DNA from: a virus
DNA length: 64,000 nucleotides
IMG/VR virus record: IMGVR_UViG_3300026320_000001
Location: 1 to 64,000 of that record
Strand: one strand, 5' to 3'
Position 1 is the first letter of the stretch. Each line of letters opens with the position of its first letter. The notes under the pieces were generated by a model that saw only the letters and a list, made by a program, of their open reading frames with translations, did no database searches and was not told the origin of the DNA. Shown one piece after another: positions 53,418-63,562 of this stretch. The position numbers and the translations under genes are program-made.

Positions 53418-54113
53418 TTGCAAATAGATATATTGGATAAGGGATTTGTAAAACTGATTGATAATATGGGGAATGATTTAAGTGTGGTAAATGCCGCACG
53501 AGTTAGTTTAAATAGAAATTCAGAAACATTTCAAGACCAAGATGAAAAATTAATTAAATATTTATTAACCAAGAAACACACGAGTCCATTTGAGCATGTT
53601 GTTTTCACTTTTTTAGTTAAGACCCCTCTTTTTATTCGCTCTCAATGGATGCGTCATCGGATGTGGTCTTATAATGAAATTTCAAGACGTTATACATCTG
53701 AAAATATAGATTTTTATATTCCAGAATCTTTTAGAAAACAGGCTGATAACAATAGACAAGCAAGTATAGATGAAGAAATAGATAATATAAATATTCGTGA
53801 TGGATTTATTTCACATTCAAAATCAGTAAAAAATCACATATCAGATACATCAATATATTTATTTGAAAGTTATAAAAACCTTATTGAACAAGGTGTTTCT
53901 CGTGAACAAGCCAGAATGATATTGCCACAAAATATGTATACAAGTTTTTATGGTACTGTTGATTTATGGAATCTTTTACACTTTTTAGAATTAAGAAATG
54001 ATTCTCATGCACAATATGAAATGAGATTGTATGCACAGGCAATAGAAAAAATTGTTGAATCAATTGTTCCTTCAACCATAAAAATATGGAAAAAATTAAA
54101 ATTAACTCAGTAA
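53418..54113 (+). CDS. thyX: FAD-dependent thymidylate synthase
   Basis: AARVS, HTSPFEH, RHRxxSYNEISRRY, EQARMILP, LRNDSHAQYE. Confidence 0.95.
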   Translation: MQIDILDKGFVKLIDNMGNDLSVVNAARVSLNRNSETFQDQDEKLIKYLLTKKHTSPFEHVVFTFLVKTPLFIRSQWMRHRMWSYNEISRRYTSENIDFYIPESFRKQADNNRQASIDEEIDNINIRDGFISHSKSVKNHISDTSIYLFESYKNLIEQGVSREQARMILPQNMYTSFYGTVDLWNLLHFLELRNDSHAQYEMRLYAQAIEKIVESIVPSTIKIWKKLKLTQ

Positions 54114-54708
54114 TTTTAAGCTGATTAATGAATTTATTAACCCTAATTTATTTAAAAAAATAGAATGGAGAGAGGACTATAGAGATAGGTTAAAATGAAA
54201 AATAAATGTATTGTGATACTCCGGGGGAACTCAGAAGGAAAAAACAAATTTCAAGAAATTGTTAAAAAAAGATATTGGATTTGGAATATATCTCCATCAA
54301 ATTTAGGTGGGGAAGTTGCAAGACTTTTAGGTTGGGATGGAAATCGTGATACTCAATTCAATATATTTATAGATAAATTATTAGATTTAGGTGATAATTA
54401 TTTTGATTTTAGATATTGGTATATATCTAATTATAAAAATAAATTATTGGAATCTGATAAGGCTGAAAAGAATAATATGACTGGTGATTTGATGGTTATT
54501 CATGGGGCTGATGACTTTTTATCAAAAAGACTTCAGGATGATTATAATATATTTGAATTCACTCTCAACAAAACAAAGCAAAATGATTCTGGAATTAATG
54601 GATTTATGTTTTGTTATAATGATGAAGATTTTGAAGAACAAATTTTTAAGAGAATAGAAGAATTAAGTTTTATAGAAAATAAAATAGAAACACAAGGAGA
54701 AAATATAG

Positions 54709-55632
54709 ATGTCACAGTTTAATATCGCACAAGCTAAACGAGAACTAATTTGGACTAAACTTGCTCTTATGGGAGCATCTGGAAGTGGTAAAACTTTTTC
54801 ATCACTTAGACTTGCAAGCGGTATGTTAGAATCACTGGTTGCATTAGGTCAAGGTAAAAATGGAAAAATTCTTTTGGCTAATACAGAAGCATCTCGTGGA
54901 CGTTATTATGCCAATGAATTTCAATATGATATTATTGATATTGGTTCACCTCATAATCCAGAAAAATATGTTGAACTTGTAGATTATGTTGTTGAAAATG
55001 ATTATCCTATTTTAATTATTGATAGTACAAGTCATGAATGGGAAGGAAAGGGTGGTTGTTTAGAATTACATCAACAAGCTGGTGGAACATTTCAATCATG
55101 GGCAAAAGTTACTCCTCGCCATGATAAATTTATTCAAGCAATTGCAGATAGTCCAATTCATTTAATTGCTACTATGCGCGGTAAAGACCAATATGAAATT
55201 GAAAAGAATGAAACCGGCAAAAATAATGTAAAGAAATTAGGTGTTGGAGCGCAACAAAGAAACGGTTTTGAATATGAATTTACTGCAACATTTAGTATTG
55301 ATAAGTCTGTTGCAACAGTTCAAAAAGATAATACACATATTTTTCAAGATTCAAGTGGAGAAATTCTTTCTGAAAAATTTGGCAAAGATATTATCAAGTG
55401 GGCAAATAGTGGAGAGGGTTATACTCCTCCAGTAAGAGTTTCTGAAAAAAGTATTGATAGTTCTGATAAAACAGAAGTAATGAAAATGATTAAAGAAAAA
55501 GGTGGAGCAAAAAATAAGCCACTTGTAGAATTAATTAAGAAATATGAACCATCTGGAAATCCAAATAAAATTACAGATACATCAGCATTTACACAATTAA
55601 AAATCGAATTAGAATCAATTCAATCAATTTAA
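54709..55632 (+). CDS. Sak4-like P-loop ATPase (ssDNA annealing/recombination)
   Basis: GASGSGKT, IIDSTSHEW, ATMRGK, FEYEF; followed by SSB-like gene. Confidence 0.78.
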   Translation: MSQFNIAQAKRELIWTKLALMGASGSGKTFSSLRLASGMLESLVALGQGKNGKILLANTEASRGRYYANEFQYDIIDIGSPHNPEKYVELVDYVVENDYPILIIDSTSHEWEGKGGCLELHQQAGGTFQSWAKVTPRHDKFIQAIADSPIHLIATMRGKDQYEIEKNETGKNNVKKLGVGAQQRNGFEYEFTATFSIDKSVATVQKDNTHIFQDSSGEILSEKFGKDIIKWANSGEGYTPPVRVSEKSIDSSDKTEVMKMIKEKGGAKNKPLVELIKKYEPSGNPNKITDTSAFTQLKIELESIQSI

Positions 55633-55655
55633 TTTATAACTAGGAGAAAATAAAA

Positions 55656-56087
55656 ATGTGGATTAAAGACCAAACTATTAGGGTAATTGTAACAAGTGCA
55701 GTTGATAAAGGCAAATATGGAGAATTGCGTTTTGTAGATTCTCGAAAAGTAAAAGCAACCGGACTTTATGTAAAATCATATTTTTCTTTTTGGACAGTTG
55801 CAGGAACAGCTTATCAAACTTTTCCAACTTTAGTAAGAGCAATTGAAAATTCTGGAACATTTGAAGGTTCAGATAGAAAAAAGGGTGTTCAAATTATTAT
55901 TAAGGCATTTTCAATCGGTCAAGAAAAATATACTGACAAAGAAGGAAATGAAATATTTTCAAAACAACCTCGTTTCACTGTTTGGGATTGGGATTTTGTA
56001 GAATCTTCTAATAAAGATATGGATACTCCTTCAACTGTTGAAACACCTTTCGACAAAGAACCAGAAATTGAATGGCCTGAAGAATAA
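55656..56087 (+). CDS. Single-stranded DNA-binding protein-like
   Basis: Beta-rich body, acidic C-terminal tail, position between Sak4-like gene and primase. Confidence 0.55.
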   Translation: MWIKDQTIRVIVTSAVDKGKYGELRFVDSRKVKATGLYVKSYFSFWTVAGTAYQTFPTLVRAIENSGTFEGSDRKKGVQIIIKAFSIGQEKYTDKEGNEIFSKQPRFTVWDWDFVESSNKDMDTPSTVETPFDKEPEIEWPEE

Positions 56088-56108
56088 AATATACATTTTA
56101 TTAATAAA

Positions 56109-56143
56109 TATGGGTTGGATAATTATATATTATCCAACCCATA
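56109..56143. terminator. Perfect 15-bp inverted repeat (terminator or replication hairpin)
   Basis: TATGGGTTGGATAAT-TATAT-ATTATCCAACCCATA. Confidence 0.6.
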
Positions 56144-56176
56144 AAAAATTCTTACTTTTATAGACTTGGAGAAAAT

Positions 56177-58114
56177 ATGCTAATACCTAAAGATTTAGTT
56201 ATAGAAGCAAGACAAAAATTTGGTGCTAATGCGGCAGGAATTATAGCCAAAGATTTAAACATCAAAGATTATGATAATGAAAATTTAAAGGGGTGCTGTC
56301 CTTTTCATAATGAGGATACACCATCTTTTGTTTGGTATGAAAAAGGTGATTATTTTAAATGTTTTGGTTGTCAAAAAACATATAATATTATTGACCATTA
56401 TATGAATTTTGATAAACTTTCTTATGTTGATTCTGTTGAAAAATTATTTAAAGAATCACAAACATCTTTTAGATTTTCTGAAAAGAATATAAAAAAGAAG
56501 GATTATCAATATCCAAAATATGAAATAGATGAAAATGAAAAATCATATGATAGAACCAGTGTTGAAAAATATCTTGCAACAAGAGGAATATCAAAAAATA
56601 CATTAGATAAGTTTGATATATTGTCGGATAAAAAAGGTAATATCACATATAATTATAGAAATACAAATGGTGTTCTTACAATGGTGAGATACCGTCTTGG
56701 AAGAATTGCTGAAAAAACAGATTCATCAAAATTTTGGTCACAACCAAATGCAGATACGACTCCATTACTTTTTGGAATGAATAACACTAGTCCGCTTTCA
56801 ACACTTGTTTTGACTGAAGGTGAATTGGATGCGTTATCTGTTTATGAAGCCGGGCATCAAAATTCTGTTTCAGTTCCTTTTGGTGCAAATAATTATTCTT
56901 GGATTGAAGAAAATTTTGATTATTTACAACAATTTGAAACCATAATTGTTTGGTCAGATAATGATGAACCCGGAATAAAAATGCGTAAGGAAGTTTGTTC
57001 TCGGCTAGGTTCTGATAAACAAAAAGTTTTATTTGTCAATCTTCCTCTTGAAATTGAAAATGAAAAAATAAAAGATATTAATCAAGTTCTAGTAAAATTT
57101 GGAAAAGAAAAAGTTTTAGAATTTATTAATAATGCCGAAGAACAAAAGATAGAAGGAATATTAGACCTTTCAGAAGCAGAAGATTTTGACCTTGAAAAAA
57201 GAGAAGGTCTTTATTCTGGAATAAAAGAAATTGATGATATGATTTATAAATTTTTCTTTGGCAATGTTGTTTCTGTTACTGGTTTTGCCGGAGGAGGAAA
57301 ATCAAGTCTTGTTAATCAATTGTTTATCAATGAAGCATTACATCAAGGATATGATGTAACTGTATTTTCTGGTGAACTTCCTTCTGATATGTTACGTCAA
57401 TGGGTTGAAATCAATATGGCTGGAAGAGAACATATTGAAGAACACAAAAATAAATTTAAAAGAATTATTAAAATTGATACCATTAAAAAAATGAAAGACT
57501 GGTATAAGGGCAGAATAAATTATTATGAAGCAGAAGATAATCATATTGATGCTGTTTTAGGCAAGGCCGAAGAAACCATTAGAAAAAAGGGCGTTAAAGT
57601 TTTAGTGCTTGATAATTTAGCCACATTGGGACTAGGTGAAGACGATAACAATACTTATGCAAAACAAAAACAAGCAATTGTAAAAATAAAGAATTTTGCA
57701 AATAAATTTAATATTCTAGTTGTTCTTGTTGTTCATCCTCGTAAACCAGCAAGTGGAATTACAAGTGTTCAATCCGGTTATGAAATGTCAGGAAGCGGTG
57801 ATTTATTCAACTTAGTTCAATATAATTTTTCTGTCAAAAGAATAACAAAAAAAGAAAAAGAAGGTAAGAAAAAAAGAGGTGGGGGATGGGAAATAGAACC
57901 CTGTTTATATGATGTAAGAATAGAATTTTTCAAAAATCGTATAACAGGACAACTTGGTGATTGCTTTTTATATTTTGATTATCCAAGTTATCGCTTTTAT
58001 ATTACACCAGAACAACTTTGGAAAAGATTTTCTTGGGACAAAAATACTTTGCCATTGCGAACAGATGACCCAAATGAGAAATATAGAGAAATGCCAGAAG
58101 AGTTTAAAACATAA
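56177..58114 (+). CDS. Bifunctional DNA primase-helicase (CHC2 zinc finger, TOPRIM, SF4 helicase)
   Basis: CPFH...CFGC, TEGELDALS, DNDEPG, GFAGGGKS, LDNL, HPRK, KNR. Confidence 0.92.
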   Translation: MLIPKDLVIEARQKFGANAAGIIAKDLNIKDYDNENLKGCCPFHNEDTPSFVWYEKGDYFKCFGCQKTYNIIDHYMNFDKLSYVDSVEKLFKESQTSFRFSEKNIKKKDYQYPKYEIDENEKSYDRTSVEKYLATRGISKNTLDKFDILSDKKGNITYNYRNTNGVLTMVRYRLGRIAEKTDSSKFWSQPNADTTPLLFGMNNTSPLSTLVLTEGELDALSVYEAGHQNSVSVPFGANNYSWIEENFDYLQQFETIIVWSDNDEPGIKMRKEVCSRLGSDKQKVLFVNLPLEIENEKIKDINQVLVKFGKEKVLEFINNAEEQKIEGILDLSEAEDFDLEKREGLYSGIKEIDDMIYKFFFGNVVSVTGFAGGGKSSLVNQLFINEALHQGYDVTVFSGELPSDMLRQWVEINMAGREHIEEHKNKFKRIIKIDTIKKMKDWYKGRINYYEAEDNHIDAVLGKAEETIRKKGVKVLVLDNLATLGLGEDDNNTYAKQKQAIVKIKNFANKFNILVVLVVHPRKPASGITSVQSGYEMSGSGDLFNLVQYNFSVKRITKKEKEGKKKRGGGWEIEPCLYDVRIEFFKNRITGQLGDCFLYFDYPSYRFYITPEQLWKRFSWDKNTLPLRTDDPNEKYREMPEEFKT

Positions 58115-58920
58115 TGTCTGATTATGATTTTATTATTGATAATATGAAATTTAGTTACTCCAACATAAGCACATTTGAAACATGTGCTTATGCTTGGAAA
58201 TTAACGTATATTGATACGTTAAAAAGAGAGCCAAATTTTTTTGCTGAATTTGGAACTTTATGTCATGATATTCTGGAAAAATATTTTAAGGGTGAATTAG
58301 ATTTATTTAATTTGCCGAATTATTATGAAAAACATTTTTATGAAGTTGTTCAATCAATTTCTCTTTCCGGAACAATGACTCAAAATTATTATGATGCTGG
58401 CTATGATTTTTTTACTAATATTGATATAAATCCTGATGATTTTGAAATATTGGAATCAGAATTAAAAACAAGTTCGATTTGGAATGGAATAGAACTTGTT
58501 GTTAAACCAGATATTGTTTTGAAAGAAAAATCAACCGGCAAAATAATTCTTATGGATTATAAAACATCCATTATCAAGAAAAATAAAAATGGGTCAATAG
58601 CAAAATCTGATATTGATAAACTAAATGGATATAAAAAACAATTATTTTTATATGCTTTCTTTTTATCTCAAAATCAAAAAACTAAAATAGAAGAAATTCG
58701 ACTATGGTTTATTCGCAATAATACATTTGAGATATTTCAATATACAGAAAAAGAAGCAATTGAAACTTTAAATTGGTTTATGAAAATTGTGGCTAAAATA
58801 AAAGAAGAAGAAAAATTTATTGCCAATATAAGCAATCCATTTTTTTGCAATAATTTATGTGGAGTTCGTATGTCCTGTGAATTCAGGATACAAAATCCAG
58901 AAAAAGCATCAGAATCTTAG
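58114..58920 (+). CDS. PD-(D/E)XK exonuclease, Cas4/RecB-like
   Basis: SYS..C, GTLCH, PD, MDYKT, QLFLYA, C-terminal C..C...C. Confidence 0.82.
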   Translation: MSDYDFIIDNMKFSYSNISTFETCAYAWKLTYIDTLKREPNFFAEFGTLCHDILEKYFKGELDLFNLPNYYEKHFYEVVQSISLSGTMTQNYYDAGYDFFTNIDINPDDFEILESELKTSSIWNGIELVVKPDIVLKEKSTGKIILMDYKTSIIKKNKNGSIAKSDIDKLNGYKKQLFLYAFFLSQNQKTKIEEIRLWFIRNNTFEIFQYTEKEAIETLNWFMKIVAKIKEEEKFIANISNPFFCNNLCGVRMSCEFRIQNPEKASES

Positions 58921-58937
58921 GATTTTGGTGCTTTTTT
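58896..58937 (+). terminator. Intrinsic terminator
   Basis: AAAAAGCATCAGAATC / GATTTTGGTGCTTTTTT. Confidence 0.65.
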
Positions 58938-58941
58938 GTTA

Positions 58942-58970
58942 TTGACAAATTGAGTTAAATGTGGTATTAT
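58942..58970 (+). promoter_or_regulatory. sigma70-type promoter
   Basis: TTGACA-17bp-TATTAT with extended TG. Confidence 0.72.
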
Positions 58971-58980
58971 TATCTTATAT

Positions 58981-59150
58981 GAGCGTCATGGAGTTTGAGA
59001 TACTCCATATGCAAAGATTTTCGTGATGACATAGAGTCTCCCGGTAGGGCATCAAGTCTTGATGAATCGGCGGGTAAGACTATGCACTCATCAATGCAAA
59101 TAACCTCTCAAAATGACAATGAGAGCATAGATGGAATTCCTGTGACGCTT
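58981..59150 (+). ncRNA. Candidate multi-branched ncRNA or 5' leader (~170 nt)
   Basis: GAGCGTCA pairs with TGACGCTT; GC-richer than background; internal helices. Confidence 0.6.
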
Positions 59151-60150
59151 GTTTACCATATTTATATTTGGAGAATAAAATGAATAAAACTGTTCAAAAA
59201 ATTCTTGCCCTTTCTCATGTTGAAGCCGTTGATAAAGAAGAAGAAGGATATTTTGTTTATTTTAAAAATGGCTATTGTTGGCAAGGCGACCCTCATGGTA
59301 GTATTCATTTCGTTATGGAAGAAACAGCGACAATAGCATTAAGAGAAGCCAAACGTTTTCGTATTTGTACTAAAGATTGTTGTCCACCAGAAACAGCAGA
59401 GGAGAAATGAAAATGAATCTCAACGTTGGAGATAAGGTTGAACTATTGAAAACAATGCTTGGTAATGATTCTGGCACAGTTGGAATTGTTTTTTATAAAT
59501 ATGATGGTGGGGGTGTTCAAATTATTTTTCCCAATGGACAATATGATGGATTTAGTAAAAATGAACAATATAATTATTTAGAATTTATAGAACATGTTTA
59601 TAAATATGAAAATTATCTATTTGAAAATGTAGTTCAAGTATCAATAGATTTTGAAAAAGGATATTGGAGATTTGATAAGCCATGAAAACAATTAAAGAAA
59701 TTATAGAATTAACAAAACAATATAAAAAAATATTTCAAGATAAATTTGAAAAAGAAAATTTTGATTTATTTAAAGAAATTGAAGAACAAATTATCAACGA
59801 AGCAAAACAAGGTAGCGGTCATTTATTGATTTATAAAAGATATTTTGATTCGTATGATAATTTGAGTATTTATGATTTAGAAACATATTATAAAAATCAA
59901 GGATATTCAACACGTATTACTGATGATACTTTTCAGATATATTGGTTTGAATAAAACAATGATTTCATAAAGGAAAATAAATGACATATTTAATTGATGA
60001 CCTTGTAAAAACTAACAAACAAATAGATGGAAAGTGGGTGATTGCACGCCCATTGCTATCATATGATTTATTAAATCGAATAGTTGATTGCTGGCTTGTA
60101 TTAATTGGAAAAGCCGATGCAGTAATTTATATTAGTGGAAAGAAAAATAA

Positions 60151-60873
60151 ATGAATGATGAACTTGGAACACGTATGAAAGAATTTTATGAAAATAGAAG
60201 TCAATCATATCTTGCACGTAGAATACCAGCCATTATAAGAATTGACGGAAAAGCGTTCCATACTTTTACAAATAAATTTACAAAACCATTTGATAATGTT
60301 ATGATTAAATCCATGCAATTAACAGCTAAAAAATTATGCGCTCAAATTCAAGGTGCTAAAATTGCATATACTCAAAGTGATGAAATTAGTCTTTTATTAA
60401 CTGATTGGGATAATTTAAAAACCGATGCATGGTTTGATTATAATATTCAAAAAATTACAAGTGTTTCTGCAAGTATGACAACACTATATTTTAATAATAT
60501 TTTTGCAGAAATTTGTACGGTTGAACAAAGCGATAAGATTGATACAGCCTTATTTGACGCAAGAGTCTTTTCAATTCCAAAAGAAGATGTGAATAATTAT
60601 TTCTGGTGGAGACAAATTGATTGTATTAGAAACTCAATTCAAATGCTGGCACAATCTAATTTTAGTCATAAAGAATTGCAAGGAAAAAATCAAGACGAAT
60701 TGAAATCAATGTTATCAGAAAAGAATATTGAATTTGATAATATGAAAATTCATTTGCAACGAGGTTCTTCTGTTGTCAAACAATTGACAGAATTTGGTGA
60801 AAATAGATGGACAATTGATGAAGAAATTCCTTTGTTCAAAGATGAAAAATATTATATTGAAAGGTACTTATAA
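60151..60873 (+). CDS. thg1: Thg1-like protein (tRNA-His guanylyltransferase/3'-5' polymerase)
   Basis: RMKEFYE, IRIDGKAFHTFT, YTQSDEIS, FDAR, WRQ.D..RNS. Confidence 0.93.
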   Translation: MNDELGTRMKEFYENRSQSYLARRIPAIIRIDGKAFHTFTNKFTKPFDNVMIKSMQLTAKKLCAQIQGAKIAYTQSDEISLLLTDWDNLKTDAWFDYNIQKITSVSASMTTLYFNNIFAEICTVEQSDKIDTALFDARVFSIPKEDVNNYFWWRQIDCIRNSIQMLAQSNFSHKELQGKNQDELKSMLSEKNIEFDNMKIHLQRGSSVVKQLTEFGENRWTIDEEIPLFKDEKYYIERYL

Positions 60874-62101
60874 ATGAAAGATATTGGGCAATATAGAATT
60901 AATTTAATTTGGTGGCCGTTTTTTTATAATGAAGAATATGATGATAAATTAGATTTTATTATTCCAAAAATTCAATTTCATAATTATAAAAATAAGCCAT
61001 GTGATACATGCTGGAATTATGATTGGGATTTTACATTTATTTATTTAACTGTTATGAAAAAACAAAAACGTGGTTCTGTTTATAAGCTTATTGAATCTGT
61101 TTGGAAATCAAATAATGATAAAGGTGATTATACTCATAACAGAATTATTATTCCTCATGATATGTTTGCCAAATGGATTTGGGAACAAAGAAATATTAAT
61201 AAATATTATACTTCAAATTATTGGGGAATAAGAGTTGTTTCAGGTGATGTTCGGGAAATTATTTTTGAATAGGAGAAATATATGAAAAGTTATAATGGTT
61301 TCTATAATGTAAATAAAATAAAATTCAATATATTTTGTATTTTTGGATTTCATCAATGGTGGTGGACTAGAGGAATGGATGATAAGCAAGAAACAAGATG
61401 TGCCGTTAAATGTGATAAATGTAATGAAATAAGAATGCTTTCTCCGAAAAATTCGGATATGCACGATATGAAAGAAATTAGAAAAACAATTAATTTATCA
61501 TCTTGGGAACCAGTATATTTTAATTGGAAACCATTTTCTTTTCATATTAGCGGAAATAAAATTAGTTCACTTGATTGATAGAACAGGAGTTTTATAAATG
61601 GAAGAAAAAAGAACACGAATTATTGAGAAATTAAAAAATGATGATATTAAACAAGGAATAAAAACTTGGATTGTTGTTCATACTAATTACGGTGGATATA
61701 CAGAAGAAGAATTAGAAATACAATTAGGCAATGATGATGTTCTTATTATTCGAGATGGAAATAACTGGATATATTTGAGCGAAGAACAAAAAAATATTTT
61801 AATAGATTTTTTGATTGGGCCAAATAAATCTATGACTATTGATTGATGGAGATATTTTATGTCTTATGAAAAATATGATATAGATGATACAGATTATAAT
61901 GGTCTTAAAATAGCAGAAATTTTTGCTTTGGCTTTTGAATTGGGAATGATTTTTACTTGCATTAATTTTAAATTAAGAGATGAAATAATCTTTAGTTCTA
62001 CAAATAAAAGAAACATAATTGGTTATTGTAATTTTAAAAAAATTCAATATGAAATTCGTGACCATGATGATTTTCCTACTCTTGTCCTGAAATAATGGGT
62101 A

Positions 62102-62130
62102 TTGACAAAACAACTGGTTTATAGTATAAT
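62102..62130 (+). promoter_or_regulatory. sigma70-type promoter
   Basis: TTGACA-17bp-TATAAT. Confidence 0.8.
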
Positions 62131-62360
62131 GAACAGATTAGGAGAAAACATATGGAAATATTTAGTCTATTTATTGGTGGTTTCATAGGTTTGGTAATTG
62201 CATGTTTGATTGTTGCCATTCTATCAACTATTGATTACATTCTTTGGAAAGAATATTATAATTTATATAAATCTATTTATGGATTATATTCTATTTTAAC
62301 TGTTTTTCCATTTGGATTTTATATGTATATCAGATTGAAAATTAATAAGGATATATAAAT

Positions 62361-63557
62361 ATGCAACCATTATATCTGTTGAAAATTGAAGTAGATGGAA
62401 ATGCAAATAAATATTATCGTATGATTCCCAATGGAGATTTATTTACTGCCGAATGGGGCAGAGTGGGTTCTAATTCTCAAACTATGGATTATTCAATTAA
62501 TGATTGGGATAAAAAGTTACACGAGAAATTAAGAAAAGGATATGTTGACCAAACTCATCTAGTATCTGAAATCACATCTAATTCTAAATCAAGAGAATAT
62601 TCTGATATAAAAAACAAATCAATTGCAACTATTGTTCAAAGATTACAATCTATGGCAAAAATAGCCATTGAAGAAAATTATACAATTTCATCCAGTAATG
62701 TTACTCAAAAAATGATTGATGAAGCACAAGCATTAATTAATAATCGTTTTTCTTTGGATTCCAATGTTGATTATTTTAATGAACAATTGATTCAATTATT
62801 TAGAATTATCCCAAGAAAAATGAAAAAAGTTTCTGATAATATTTCTCAATCTAAAAAAGATTTTGGAATTATTATTCAAAGAGAACAAGATTTGCTTGAC
62901 ACAATGAAGGGTCAGGTAATTCAACAATCTGTTTTGAATGCCGATGATAATATTGATAATGACAAGCAAACAATTCTTGATGTATTAGATTTACAATTTT
63001 CCGAAATAAATAAGACAGAAGAAAAACAAATTAAATCACATCTTGGTTCTATTGATAATAAATTTTATCAAGCTTGGAAGGTTGTCAATAATAAAACTCA
63101 AAATATATTTGACAAATTTATAAAACAAAATAATATCAATGAAAAAAAATTACTTTTTCATGGTTCAAAAAATGAGAATTATTGGAGTATCATAAATAGC
63201 GGATTGATTTTACGACCAAATGCAGTTATTACCGGAAAGATGTGGGGTTTGGGAATATATTTTGCGTCTGCGGCAGTAAAAAGTTTAAATTATAGTTCTT
63301 TGAAAGGAAGTTATTGGACTGGTGGAACATCTAATTCTGGATTTTTATCTATATTTGATGTTGCATATGGAAATCCATATAATGTTTATAATTTTGATAG
63401 TAAATATTATGAATTAGATTATAATAAATTACAAAAATTTTCACCAAATGCAAATTGTATACATGCAAGAGCAGATAGGGGAATGTTGAAAGCCGATGAA
63501 ATTGTGATATATAAAGAAGAACAATGTACTATAAAATATTTAGTGGAATTGAGATGA
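62361..63557 (+). CDS. WGR-domain PARP-like ADP-ribosyltransferase
   Basis: KYY..WGRVG..KLRKGY WGR domain; LFHGS, GIYFA..KS..Y, DEIVIY (H-Y-E triad). Confidence 0.9.
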   Translation: MQPLYLLKIEVDGNANKYYRMIPNGDLFTAEWGRVGSNSQTMDYSINDWDKKLHEKLRKGYVDQTHLVSEITSNSKSREYSDIKNKSIATIVQRLQSMAKIAIEENYTISSSNVTQKMIDEAQALINNRFSLDSNVDYFNEQLIQLFRIIPRKMKKVSDNISQSKKDFGIIIQREQDLLDTMKGQVIQQSVLNADDNIDNDKQTILDVLDLQFSEINKTEEKQIKSHLGSIDNKFYQAWKVVNNKTQNIFDKFIKQNNINEKKLLFHGSKNENYWSIINSGLILRPNAVITGKMWGLGIYFASAAVKSLNYSSLKGSYWTGGTSNSGFLSIFDVAYGNPYNVYNFDSKYYELDYNKLQKFSPNANCIHARADRGMLKADEIVIYKEEQCTIKYLVELR

Positions 63558-63562
63558 TATAA

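Noticed and set aside
150-55860. Minus-strand ORFs in the supplied track
   Set aside because: Short, antisense to better + strand genes or tRNAs, with no recognisable motifs
56109-56143. Replication origin call for the 15-bp palindrome
   Set aside because: No iterons or other support; a terminator-type hairpin is equally plausible
58114-58920. cas4 of a CRISPR-Cas system
   Set aside because: No array or other cas genes; it is coupled to the primase-helicase as a typical phage exonuclease
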